From contig QPGO01000040.1 in the NCBI GenBank assembly GCA_008632985.1, positions 253,719 to 317,718 on the forward strand: a DNA stretch of 64,000 bases, in the 5' to 3' direction. This document shows positions 1-11,348 of the stretch, piece by piece. Under the pieces are notes generated by a model. That model did not search any database and had not been told where the DNA came from. It saw nothing but the letters and a program-made list of their open reading frames with translations. Origin of the DNA: Psammoneis japonica. Its lineage: Eukaryota. The position numbers and the translations under genes were made by a program. Within the stretch, counting starts at the first letter, position 1; each line of letters begins with the position of its first letter.

Positions 1-495
1 CACAAAGCGACACAGGATGAAGGCCTTTGATGGAGCGAAAAGAAGCCTGCATTGTGACAGAAGATGGCAAATTATGATGACCGCCACAGAGGCAGAATTC
101 GCCTTGTGTTGGCGAAAAAAAAAAAAATGGGCCTCTGCTCTACTCCACTCTAGAGAGAGACTCTCTGCTCTAGCTACTCTCTAGAGTAGCTAGACTCTAG
201 AGTAGAGAGAGAGTAGGGAGAGGGCCTGTGCGGCAAGGAATCCGCCCGCAGATGAGCGCGATCTGTTGAGTGTTGCCAGTTGCCACTGGCTAACAGACAC
301 ACAGCAGAGCTTGCTCATGATCAACAGGCTGCTACCGGTAATACAATAACACCTAAACATGCGCCAGGCGGAAGAACGATTGCATGCAACGAGAAGAAGC
401 AAAATGCACTTTGTTCGTCATACTGTACGTCCAATAAAACGGACGTGATCAGCGGCCAACAACTAAAGTAAAACAAGAACAACAAATAATAAGTG

Positions 496-3400
496 ATGCA
501 TCATCAATCCCGCATCCTCATCATTGGTTGTAGCGGTTTGGGTGCTGAAGTGGCCCACATTTGTAGGAAAATGGGTTGTAAGCATGTTGCGCTGGTGGAT
601 CCATCCAGAACAACAACAACAAGTTCTTATGATCTGGGAGAATCATCCTATTGTTGTGCCAGCGCTGTGCTGAAAAAAGAAGAAGAAAAAGAAAAGCTGA
701 TGATGAGTCATCCAGAGCAGGCCGCGATGACGACCGTACGAGAAGAGAGGGTCAATGACGATTTATGGACGGCGGACGTGTTGCTTCCCTTGATAATGGA
801 CGAAGCTCCCTCATCACCCATCACGTGTGTCGTCGTGACAATTCCACTGAATGATGGTGTCATTTCCATCATCAATCAAAACTGTCGCAAGAGGAATGTG
901 AAGTTCATTTATGCTCTGGTCTGTGGTCTATTTGGACGGATCTTTTGTGATTTTGGTCCACAACACGTGGCGGACTTGAACCGTCCGAATCCTACCCAGA
1001 TGCGAGTGGAGAGCATACGTGATGGTGGCGAGTTTCGAGTTCTTAGTCGAGGAGGCGGCTACTGTGGTGGTCATCATCGACTGGAGACAGGAAGTACCAT
1101 TGTGTTTTCGAGGATTCCAGATATCTTGTTACCGTGGATGAATGAGAATACCCCCTACGAGGTTCAAGTGACTTCCCCGTATACGTTTGAGTTGCGCGGG
1201 GTCGACTTCAAGCTGGAGCCGTCGGAAGAACACGACATGGCAATCACCATTCGACGAAGTTACATGACATGTACCGAGTGGAAACGTCCTGTTATTGTGA
1301 GCTTTGATACATACAAGGAGGCTTTGGAAAAGGAGAGCGATGATCGAGTGCTACACGTGGCCTTTCAAGCGCTGGAGAACTATCGTCGCAACCATCACGG
1401 CGAGTATCCGACTCCGGGAAATAGGCACCAGGCAATGGAAGTTTATGAGAGTGCTAGAGAAATATGCAGTACTGCTGCCGCCACTATATCGGAGTCAAAG
1501 GACGCCAGGGATCTTGTACTGCAGTTGGCATCGGGCAGCCGCGCTGTCTTGGCTCCCATGTGTTCTGTCCTCGGCGGTATCGTTGGACACGAAGTCATCA
1601 AGGCTTGCACGAACAAGTGTATGCCAATACAGGGTTTTTACTTTGTTGATGCCAGTGATTGTCTACCAGGTAACTTGTTTCCCGAAACGGAGTCGGCACC
1701 CCAACACTCGCGATACAATTCGCAGATTGTAGTCTTTGGGAAAGCATTTCAGCAGAAACTGATGGATTTAAGTTTGCTTCTCGTTGGTGCTGGTAGGCTT
1801 GGTTGTGGTGTACTCGAGAACTGGGCGGCCATGGGAGTTGGGTGTGGCAGCAAGGGCCATGTGTACGTTTTCGATACGGATCGCATCAAGGAGACCAATT
1901 TGGTTGAATCTTGCCTTTTTCGACAAGAAGATATCGGTGAACGAAAGAGTTCCGTGGCGGTCAAGGCAGCGCAGTCCATGAACCCCCACCTCAATGCCAC
2001 CGCCTACCAAGAAGAAACGACCGATCGTGATGAGTCGGAAAGTTTTCTTGACTCCGACCTGTGTGACCGACTCGATGGTATTTGCACCGCCGTGGACAAT
2101 TATGAGGCGCGTCAGTACGTGGGTGAAAAGTGCGTCGAGTATCGCCTTCCTATGCTCGACAGTGGCATCGATGGAACCATGGGGCACGTGCAAGTAGTCG
2201 TGCCTCACGTGACAGAGCACTATGCAGCAACGAAGGATTCAACTGAAGTGAAGTATGCTATTAGTACGTTTGAATACTTCCCAAGTCAAATCGAGGCCAC
2301 GATCCAGTTTGCACTTCATGTCTTTGAGCAAGAATTCAAGAAGAAAGCAGAAGAGGCCAGCTCCTACTTACATCAGTCTCCTGAAGCTTACCTTGCTTCC
2401 ACCGATTACAGCATCTTGGCACTGAAGGAAGCGCTCATAGATCGACCAGCGACCTTTGAAGACTGTGTCAAGTGGGCGCGAGACCAGTTTGAGGAGCTTT
2501 TCCACAATCGAATCTGTCGAATGCTGCAACAGTATCCTGCTGACAAGAGGGTCCCAACCGGTAGTGGCGACCTCTTTTGGGATGAAGCCGGGAAACGTTG
2601 TCCAGTGCCGCTTTCGTTTGATCCCAATTCTAGGTGTAGTGGCGTGCTCAATCACTTTGACTTTGTTCAAGCTGCCACTTATCTTCGCGCTAGAATTTAT
2701 GGCATCGCTGTACCAAGCGACGAAGATTACTTTCGAGATGTACTAAGCACTGTATCTGTGCCAAAATCTGCAATCGCAGCACTTGAAGCGGTGGATGCGG
2801 GGGAGGAGGATCCGGAACGAAAAATCGCAGCTGCTTGGAAGGCCGTTTTGAATCTACCTAAAAGCAAGATGATTGGCTTGGAGCTACACTCAATAGACTT
2901 TGATGCTGACAATGATCTTCATGTGCAGTTCATCACTGCTTGTTCCAACTTGGAAGCACTTACATATAATATCCCAACGGAGAATACGCATCGTTCTCGT
3001 GCCTTGGCCCTACGTATTGTCCCCAAAGTTGCTACGACGTCAGCGCTTGTCGCGGGGCTAATCAATTTAGAAGTCTACAAGCTTGTCGGAAAACAAGCCT
3101 ACAAGAACAGATTCACCAATCTTGCGATTCCCTTGATCGTGAGCTGTGAACCGCCGCCTCCTGCCGCAACCAGGGGGGTCGTCAAGGGCAAGGAGCGGCT
3201 CTGGACAGTTTGGGATAGCCCAGACATCAACAAGGGCGACATTACGATGGGCGAGTTCATTAAATACTTTGAAGTGGAATACAATCTTAAGATATCGATG
3301 CTTTGCTATGGCGTGAAGATTCTGTATACATGCTTGCACCACCAGGAACGCAAAAGGATGAAAATGTCGCACATCATTGCCCGTATCAATAACAGGGAGT

Positions 3401-3501
3401 TTCCGCTGAACCAGCCCTACATTATCCTGAACGCCATTGCGAAAGATTTGATAACGGATGAGGAGGTCGAGCTTCCTTACATTCGGTTCCACTTTCACTG
3501 A
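496..3501 (+). CDS. UBA1-like ubiquitin-activating E1 paralog, probably catalytically inactive
   Basis: About 1000 aa, no intron needed. Two ThiF domains (IIGCSGLGAEV; LVGAGRLGCG), LAPMCSVLGGIVGHEVIKAC, SRYNSQIVVFG, TFEDCVKWAR, IVPKVATTSALVAG, C-terminal ubiquitin-fold domain. The catalytic motif PxCT reads AIST. Confidence 0.93.
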   Translation: MHHQSRILIIGCSGLGAEVAHICRKMGCKHVALVDPSRTTTTSSYDLGESSYCCASAVLKKEEEKEKLMMSHPEQAAMTTVREERVNDDLWTADVLLPLIMDEAPSSPITCVVVTIPLNDGVISIINQNCRKRNVKFIYALVCGLFGRIFCDFGPQHVADLNRPNPTQMRVESIRDGGEFRVLSRGGGYCGGHHRLETGSTIVFSRIPDILLPWMNENTPYEVQVTSPYTFELRGVDFKLEPSEEHDMAITIRRSYMTCTEWKRPVIVSFDTYKEALEKESDDRVLHVAFQALENYRRNHHGEYPTPGNRHQAMEVYESAREICSTAAATISESKDARDLVLQLASGSRAVLAPMCSVLGGIVGHEVIKACTNKCMPIQGFYFVDASDCLPGNLFPETESAPQHSRYNSQIVVFGKAFQQKLMDLSLLLVGAGRLGCGVLENWAAMGVGCGSKGHVYVFDTDRIKETNLVESCLFRQEDIGERKSSVAVKAAQSMNPHLNATAYQEETTDRDESESFLDSDLCDRLDGICTAVDNYEARQYVGEKCVEYRLPMLDSGIDGTMGHVQVVVPHVTEHYAATKDSTEVKYAISTFEYFPSQIEATIQFALHVFEQEFKKKAEEASSYLHQSPEAYLASTDYSILALKEALIDRPATFEDCVKWARDQFEELFHNRICRMLQQYPADKRVPTGSGDLFWDEAGKRCPVPLSFDPNSRCSGVLNHFDFVQAATYLRARIYGIAVPSDEDYFRDVLSTVSVPKSAIAALEAVDAGEEDPERKIAAAWKAVLNLPKSKMIGLELHSIDFDADNDLHVQFITACSNLEALTYNIPTENTHRSRALALRIVPKVATTSALVAGLINLEVYKLVGKQAYKNRFTNLAIPLIVSCEPPPPAATRGVVKGKERLWTVWDSPDINKGDITMGEFIKYFEVEYNLKISMLCYGVKILYTCLHHQERKRMKMSHIIARINNREFPLNQPYIILNAIAKDLITDEEVELPYIRFHFH

Positions 3502-3599
3502 TTAACGTGAGGCGACTTGTTTAGGGGCTTAGGGAGCTGATTTCACGGAAAGCGTGCATTGTGGCGGTGACGAGTGAATGTGTATATTACGGAAGAAGG

Positions 3600-4175
3600 C
3601 GGACATAGATGGACGTCACGAGCCTTCACTTTGATTTCCTTTGAGTGTTGGAAGTGTGTCGCATTGATTCTCTTTATCCAAACGGCACATTATTCATATG
3701 TTAGCTTTTCCTTGAGTGTTGGGAGCTTCGTATCGATTCTCCTCTTTTCTTGCACTCGGCCTGACTTTCCCCCAATCAAAGTTGAGCGAATTCAACAAAT
3801 CAATTCGTTCTTGAGACAAGCAATTTGGTTTGGTTTGTTGCACAAAGGTGTATTGATAGCGTTGACGCGCCACCCATTTGCCTAAGAACTTATTTCCTTG
3901 TATTTGCGTAATTCCTAAAACCGAGCGTCCCAACCGTCGCTATCGTGAACTCTCCAAGCAAAGCCAATATTGTTCAATTTGTCTTCGTGTTCTTGTGTAA
4001 TTGGTTTGATGGCTTTCTTATGATTGTTTGACTTGGATGACGTTTGCTCGTGCGTATCACCAGCACCCCCCGCGTCTTGTTTGTGCTTGACCATTTTCCT
4101 AATCTCGTCTTGCTGGGAACCAACGCGTCCCTATGCTCTTGTTTGTACTTTAGCAATTCCTCGAATCGCTCTTGC
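3600..4175 (-). pseudogene. Degenerate inverted copy of the helicase-associated (HA) domain gene at 6590-7426
   Basis: Fragments QERFEELLKYKQEH...VPSKTRLGKW and NKFLGKWVARQRYQY...WGKVRPSARKEENRY with deletions and frameshifts; the 3' flank is also shared. Confidence 0.85.
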
Positions 4176-4234
4176 TCTCTTGGAGATGAGGGAGTGGTGA
4201 TACTCGCTCCAATGCTTTTTCGCACAAGGAAGCT

Positions 4235-4580
4235 ATAACTTAACCTTGTCAGGTTGTCTGATCAGGGCGTCAATGGTCTAGTCAAGAGTCCAGCGATTGT
4301 CAATGTGCAGTGGACCGCTGTCTCGATGAGAGACAACAGGATTGCTTCAGCTGCACCCTTGATCGGCTTGTTGAAGCATTGCCACTTGTTAAAGCGCATT
4401 GAGATTCGAGACAATCCAGTTTGTGAAGACAGTATAGCGGTGAACGAGCCACATTGATAGTTTAGTGTGCAGGATTTTGAGGCGCACGATGCCAGGCTCT
4501 TTCTTTCAGATCGCAAACGAGGCATTGATTTTTTTGCCCAAAGAGAATTGCCATGCATTCACCGTTTAATAATCAGCCAG
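4235..4580 (+). pseudogene. Possible leucine-rich-repeat (RNI-like) gene remnant
   Basis: SMRDNRIASAAPLIGLLKHCHLLKRIEIRDNP resembles LRR units; short and interrupted. Confidence 0.3.
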
Positions 4581-4614
4581 TAGTAGTTGCATCATAGAGA
4601 TGGTTTTTTTTTTT

Positions 4615-6410
4615 TACAGTAGAGATGGAATCAAGTGGTGGTGTGATTGGACCATCACATTGATGCAAGATTTTTTAAGAAGTGCAGTCGGCATGATGGA
4701 CGAAGCAATCCAAAAGATGCAAGGAAGTTGGGCAGATGGTCCTTTAACAAAGACTTTCTTTGTGAAAACTCAAAGCAGACTCTGGTTCAATGGCAGTGGC
4801 ATGTCATGTGTCCTGTTCACCTCAACAATGTCAAGAACACTTCTGATCTCCACATGTCACTTGCCAGATCACAAAACATTGAACTGTCACTCTCAGGACC
4901 AGACTTTCTCTTGTGTGTTGGAGCCACATCATCACCCAGTTTCACTTCATCTGGCTGGCACTTGTGCAGCTCCCTCCTTGGCTTCATCCTTCTGTGGGCT
5001 TGCTTTGCAACTTTGCTTCATGAGCAGCTTGCTTTGCATGACTCAGATGTGCTCACTCTGTGTTTCTTCTGTGACATGCCTGTTCTTCTTGGTCTGCACT
5101 TTAAACTCACTCTGTTTGGATGTTTCATCAAGGGGGGGGGGGGGGGGGNGGGGGGGGGAGAGCACATCTTGAGAGAAGGCTTTGGGAAAATTGTGCCAAC
5201 TGGTGTGTGGGGCACACCCACTTGAAGTCAGACAAGCTTTCTGGCTCTCCAACTTTGTCCCACTTTTTTCTCTCTGCTTTCCACAACAAGAAATTTGTTT
5301 TTGAGGATGAAATGCTGGCTTTTGAACACCACAGTGTTGCTGCATGAAACTGTTGGCTGGTGCTTGAAAAGGGGTGTTGGATGGAGAGCAGTGTGCACTG
5401 CTGCTTTTTGGCATCTGGCGCAGCTTTTGATGTGTCACAGCCTTCTGCAGATCATGAGCTCCCACTTGATTGCATTTTTGGGGCAAAAAGAGGTGAGAGA
5501 ATGTGACTTGTCAGCTGCTGGTTCCAGCTCCAGATGAAACAAAATTCGTCAAGCTTGATTTGCTGCATTGGCACGCAAGCAGCTCCTCCTTCAACTTTGT
5601 GTGTGCGCTCATCTTGCAACGTTGAAACTGGGGGGCTCCTGGGCCATTTGGCAGATCACATGCAAACATGCACCACCTGGAGCTGGAGCCAGAAACTGGT
5701 GCCTGCTGTTTGTGGGATGTTGTGGCTGCACAGCAGGTTTTCTGAGAACTTGGTTGGGGCTTGCCCCATCATCAGCGACAGCACTGTGTTGTCTGGGAAG
5801 AAGCGCAGGGAAATTCTTCATTTGCATTTTGTCATCCATGTGATGGTGGCTGGCTTCATCTTGTTGTCTTGATGTGTGAAAGATCAGAGCTGAAGTGGAG
5901 GGTGTGAGAGCCAAGAGTGCATGGTGGCCTTCTGTGCAGAGAGTCGCTGACAACACCTCCTGCGCACCATTTTCCCAGAGCTTTTTCTTGGCATCTGACA
6001 GAAAAAGGCAAGCAGCTCCTTGTGCATGTTGTCCTGAGGTGCAAAAGTGCAGAGAAAGAAACTTGCAGGTCATCAGGCTGGAGCTTTGTGGTGGCCACTG
6101 ACCCCCTCCCATCCTCATCAGCTTTGCTGTGTGTGTGCTCCTGCTGGGGCCCCTCCTCTGTCAACAAGTCAAAGGTGAGAAAGCAAGAAGAACAGTTTTT
6201 GACACAGCCAATCAATTTTGCCTCATCCCACTCATTGGCCATCTTCAAATCTCTTGTTGCAAGTTAACTCTCCAGAGGTTACAGAGAGGAAGGTGTTGGG
6301 ATGTGTTGTCATCCCAGGTGAGAGAACCGCGAATGAATGGGCCATGGCTGGGAAGGTCGGACATTCTGTCTGTCCTTCTTCCACCACTCTGTGCGTTTTT
6401 TGTCAGATGA
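4615..6410. mobile_element. TpA/CpG-depleted decayed repeat, family unidentified
   Basis: Abrupt compositional switch; the few surviving TA are mostly in TTA/TAA context; poly-G run at about 5132-5158; spurious Cys/His-rich ORFs on both strands. Confidence 0.5.
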
Positions 6411-6589
6411 AATAGAGGTATCCGCTCGCGCTCGCCGCTTCATTGTTCATATTGTGTGTAATTGAAGAGTGTTGGTAAGCCTCATGGTAGCCCTTATCCC
6501 ATAAGCACCGTCGCCTTTCGCATCGCCGTGTTTGAGTGTAATCACCTTAAGAGTATATCTGATAGAACAACAAACAACGCAACAACATC

Positions 6590-7426
6590 ATGAGTACGAA
6601 AACTACTGCTCAAAAGAACAAAGCTACTTCTGAACCAGCCGCAAAAAAACAAAAAACAGCAGCACCCACGTGGGAAGAATTTTTCTTCAAGTTGGTTTTG
6701 TACAAGCACAAGCACGGAACATTCATCATTTCGGCAGAGCAGCACCACATCAGTGATGACTACACTGCCTTGGCGGAATGGATCGAGCTTCAACAAAAAA
6801 AGTACAGTCGTGGAAAACTGACACAAGATCAAATTTCTGTCTTGAATGAAATTGGTTTTGTATGGAATTTCAAGGAACAAGAACAATGGCAAGAGCGATT
6901 CGAGGAATTGCTAGAGTACAAACAAGAGCATGGCGACACGTTGGTTCCCAGCAAGACGAGATTAGGAAAATGGGTCTGTGCGCAACGTGCCGCCAAGCAC
7001 AAAAAGGACACGGGCGATGGTGGTGATACGCACGAGAAAACGTCATCCAAGTCAAACAGTAATAGGAAACCCATCAAACCAATTACACAAGAACGCGAAG
7101 ACAAATTGAACAATATTGGCTTTGTTTGGAGAGTTCACAATAGCGACGGTTGGGACGCTCGGTTTCAGGAATTACGCGAATACAAGGAAACCTACGGCCA
7201 CACCCGCGTGCCGCAGCACTGGCCTGCCAATAAGTTCTTAGGCAAGTGGGTGGCGCGTCAACGCTATCAATACACATTTGTGCAACAAAACAAACCAAAT
7301 TGTTTGTCCCAGGAACGAATTGATTTGTTGAATTCGCTCAACTTTGATTGGGGGAAAGTCAGGCCAAGTGCAAGAAAAGAGGAGAATCGATACGATGCTC
7401 CCAACTCTCAAGGAAAAGCAAAGTGA
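6590..7426 (+). CDS. Helicase-associated (HA) domain repeat protein, 3 domains
   Basis: Repeats WEEFFFKLVLYKHKHG...LAEWIELQ...LNEIGFVW; WQERFEELLEYKQEHG...LGKWV...LNNIGFVW; WDARFQELREYKETYGH...LGKWVARQR...LNSLNFDW. Confidence 0.92.
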   Translation: MSTKTTAQKNKATSEPAAKKQKTAAPTWEEFFFKLVLYKHKHGTFIISAEQHHISDDYTALAEWIELQQKKYSRGKLTQDQISVLNEIGFVWNFKEQEQWQERFEELLEYKQEHGDTLVPSKTRLGKWVCAQRAAKHKKDTGDGGDTHEKTSSKSNSNRKPIKPITQEREDKLNNIGFVWRVHNSDGWDARFQELREYKETYGHTRVPQHWPANKFLGKWVARQRYQYTFVQQNKPNCLSQERIDLLNSLNFDWGKVRPSARKEENRYDAPNSQGKAK

Positions 7427-7760
7427 ATAGTGTCTTTTGGATAACAAGAATCAATGCGGCACTTCCAACATTCAAAGAAAAACAAAGTGAATCCATCTTA
7501 AGGTGAAAAAGTTATCTGTCTTTAAAAAGGTGATGGCATATTCTCTTACTCTCTCGGTGGTAATACCTTCGCCGCCACAGCCGTGCACTGCATGCTTGAA
7601 CCGCATTGCTTGTCATTCCAGAAATGCACGCTTCCTTGTCACTCGGCGTTAGTCCTGTGTCACGCAACCGGAAACGAACCACCAAGGCGTTATCGTCTCC
7701 ACTGACGTCTTGTACACGGCCCTTGCGCGTTTCAACGGCTTTGCCTCCGAGGGGCCAAGC
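7078..7760. repeat. Inverted segmental duplicate of about 13230-13915 (HA gene 3' part plus 3' end of the neighbouring secreted-protein gene)
   Basis: The reverse complement of 7600-7760 encodes DVSGDDNALVVRFRLRDTGLTPSDKEACISGMT, matching DVNGDGIDDLVVRFRLRDTGLTPNDTEACISGMT at 13280-13380. 7078-7400 matches 13580-13915 nearly base for base. Confidence 0.9.
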
Positions 7761-7859
7761 ACATGCCAGTGTCTTTTGGATGAAGAGAATCAATGTGACA
7801 CTTCCAACACTCAAACAAAAACAAACTAAATCTCTCTCTAAGGTGAAAAAGTTACTTGC

Positions 7860-10800
7860 ACCCTTGTTCCGTTTCCGCATTAGAAAGCCATTTCCCAAAC
7901 CACTGAAAAAAGTGCACGTGCCCAAAAATGCAAAGCAATCTCTTGGCATCCAAAAAGCTGCCCTTTGATGGAGGACCACTGTCTGAGAGACTTGATCTTT
8001 CCCAACAACATCAGCTCCAGTGCTTTGTGATGTGGGGGGTTTTGGTCCTTTGGAGAGAGCAACTCTTTCTGCAAACCAACGTGTTGAAGGGCATCACACT
8101 GCGCTGCCTGCTCCAACTCACAGGATTGAAACAAAAAAGAACATCGCTCAGTGCCAAGGCTGCTCTCCCAAAGCAACACACCAAACAGGCTCTCTGGCAC
8201 ATGATGTTTCACATGACAGCAAACAACGTGAAAGACACGTCTTTGTCAACAGACAATGAGTGCATAAAATCACCACAAGCCAAGGCACTTGACAGAGTGA
8301 TCGCTGGCCAGATGAGGCCAAAATGGCATTTGAGCAAACTCACCATGAGTTTGTCAGTTGCTGCATTGTGCATTGTCCTGTCAAGCCCACTCCAAATGAC
8401 TGAGCTCAGATGTGTCTCTGCTGAGTGGCAGCCATGGAGACTCGTTCATGAGCAGAGCAAAGCTGTGTGTGTGGTCAAAGTGTGGCACTCTTGTGCTTGC
8501 CCTGTCTTTGCTGCAGCCATTTGTTGAAAATTGAAAATCTTGTCATTCATCAATGGCAAATTGCCTTTTTTTACAAAGTTGACAATTTCAAAGTCCAAAA
8601 GGCAGCTTGGTTGTCCAAGTGACAAAGGAGCAAAATGTCGCAATGGACAAAGTGTGATTGCACATCATGTGTCAAAATGTAAAAACCAAATCATTGACAA
8701 GTTTTGTTGCTTTTCATTGCCAGAAGGCAATGCATTGGTTTTCCAAGATTTCTTCCCACTGCCAAAGGGAGAGCAAGAGCTTTGCCTCTGCTGCAACAAT
8801 TTGGGTGCCATTTTTGTGAAATGTGGCTTGCTTGCTTGTTTTGTTCTGTCATCCATGAGCCAGAAGAGCCTGACAGCTCCAACCTTGCAAGGCAAAGCAT
8901 GCTTTGAGCACTTCTCTTGAAGAGCTGGTCACACTTTCATGGTGTCAGGCTCTCTCACAACCAGCTTCTTGTTTCAAGGCAGAGGAGTGCACACTGGTCC
9001 AATGCTTTGGAAGTTGATTTCACATTTTGAGCTTGGCAAAGGCTTCTTGACAACACCTCAGGTGCCATTGGCTCTGTGCCCTGAACAAGCTTGGTGGACA
9101 CAACCACACCAAATCTCCAAAAAGCACAGGCCTGTGACCACTGCCACCCAGAAACTGAGTGGGTGAGGCACCCAAGACACGTGCAGTTACCCCGCTGAAC
9201 AATTTGAGATGGCATCTTTCCAAGGTGCCACATCAGAAGTTGTTTTGTGGGGCTCTTTTCTTGCAACACACTCACATTTTTGTTTTTTGTCTTTGGGGTG
9301 CATTGTTGGCCTCTGTGTTGCATCCCCAACAACCAACCCAAGCAAGTGACAACCACATCAGCAATTGTGTGCAACAAAAAAATGGTTGAGAGCAATGCAG
9401 CAGATGCCCGTGATGGTGCTGTTGATGGTTTGGCCATCATGGCTGTCCATGCTGAGGTTTTACAATGTGCTGCAGCTGTCACTTCCTCAATCTCCATTTT
9501 TTGCTGACCTGGAAACCCTTCTTGTGCATGTTGTTCTCAACTGCAGCCCAATGATGATGGGCTGGAGCAAAGCAGAGGACACACTGAGAGGACAACTCAC
9601 ATGTCAGCCAGGGCTGCCATCATTGCCTGACACACAGCTGACTTTCAGCAGCTTTCAAGGATCGTTGTTGGGTCTCAGAGTCAAAAAAAGTGTGGCAGTT
9701 GTGAGAAAGACAAGTGGAAGAACCACTCAAAAAAAGGCTTCAGGAATTGCAACAACAACTGCAGTGCCACTTGCAGAGTTTTTGAAAAGCTTTCTTGTTC
9801 CATTGTTTTTGTTTTGTGCTTTTAAATTCCACTCAAAACAAGAGGAGGGCAGTGCATGGATTGTTGTGCCATGGAAATGGCACTGCGTAAAGCCATTGGC
9901 TGGGTGTTTGAAAAAGCATGCTGGGTGGAGTGCAACATTGCCCTCTGGCATTTCTCCAGCACTCAGCTTTCTTTTGGTGTGATGTGTTGCAGCGCCTGCT
10001 GTGGGTCAGCTCCTGTGTGCTTGCTTGCATTTGTGGGGTGAAAGAGCAAGAGGGTCTGTGGCAGGCTGTGGCTTGTTTCAAAGATGAGCAAGGCAGGCAG
10101 CCAACTGAGCAGAGCAGCTGCTGTCCTCTTCGTTTTCTGATGAATTGACAGGCCTGCCATCACAGGCCTGTCATCAATGGCAACACAGTTGTGTGGTGTC
10201 TCAGGGCAAAAAGTGTGAGAAATTTTGTTGGTGTTTTGCCTGTGAGAGTGGGCACAGTCTGCTGTGACACCCAACATCATCGGTGTCTCCAGCCCAGTTG
10301 TCCCACCCACGGTGCTGTTTCGTCAATGGAGAAGAAAGGCAAGCTGCAATTGACTCTCCATTTGTGGCAAAAATGGTGTGGAGAAAGAAAGAAGCTTCCA
10401 GGTCATCTGGAGGTTTGTGGAGTGTGCTTTCCCCCCTCGTGCTGGCTTGCTGGCTCTCAGCACGGCCACTTTGTCGGGTTCAAGGCTTGAGAGCAGCGCC
10501 AACACAGAGGAGGAGGAGTCTTTTTTTGAGAGAGACAAAACTCGTTGACGTTTTGCCTCAGTTCACTTCTTGTTGGTCATCTCTTGTTGTGAGTTGACTC
10601 TTCAGGTTGCTGGAATGTGCACTTGAGTCAGTCTTTGCCACAGCACAGCTTCCGCGTCATTCTCCCAGGCAGCCCCCCCCCCCCCCCACAAAAAAAAGAA
10701 GAGGCCTTTGAGTCAAGTTTTTCCTTTGCAACAAAAAGATGGCAAGGAACGATGCTGCAATCAACAATGGCACCCCTGATGGCTTGATCATCATGGTTGA

Positions 10801-10900
10801 GAAAAAAAGAAAAAGAGGTGGGAAACTGTGGAGTCAGAGGTTCGTGAGAACAAAAACATCGATGCACGCCCGCTGCTGTGGGTTTTAGTCGGTAAACTGA
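7860..10900. mobile_element. TpA/CpG-depleted decayed repeat, family unidentified
   Basis: Very few TA or CG over 3 kb, strong TG/CA excess, poly-C at about 10673-10687; no recognisable domain. Confidence 0.5.
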
Positions 10901-11348
10901 CGTCATGTCGTGATGAAGGTGGCGTTTATCATGTATTGTGGAAGGCCGGTGATGCGTGATTCGCGCCACCTGAAGGTGCCGCGCACGAGTGAAATGAAGA
11001 ATTCAAAAAGCGCACCTCAAATAAACATTTATGGGTTTTTGTGTTCTCGTTCGAGGCTCTCGCAAGTTGGTGTTCTCTTTGTCTTTCTCACAAAAAAAAA
11101 CTTATGGGTAAGTGAATCGAAATGGCATCTGCGCAAGCACGACCCGCTCACATCATATGTCGATGGGGCTGGCATTTAGAAGACGGTGGGCTACGGGCTA
11201 CGGAATGGTCGATGACGTGCGAATTCTTTGTGCAATCGTCATTGTTGATTTCCTAACGTTGTTCCACTGAACTTATTTGATGTTTTAGATAAGAGCAACC
11301 GTCGTTTGCGACACACACGAGGAGAACACCAACAACAACCATCACAAG

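Noticed and set aside
4600..10900. Dozens of overlapping Cys/His/Gln-rich ORFs on both strands (also in the 23-42 and 53-63 kb blocks)
   Set aside because: By-product of TAA/TAG loss in TpA-depleted DNA; no domains, not credible genes.
7860..10900. CpG-methylation decay or classical RIP as the sole cause of TG/CA excess
   Set aside because: Neither removes TpA nor converts Tyr to Cys/His; RIP would increase TpA.
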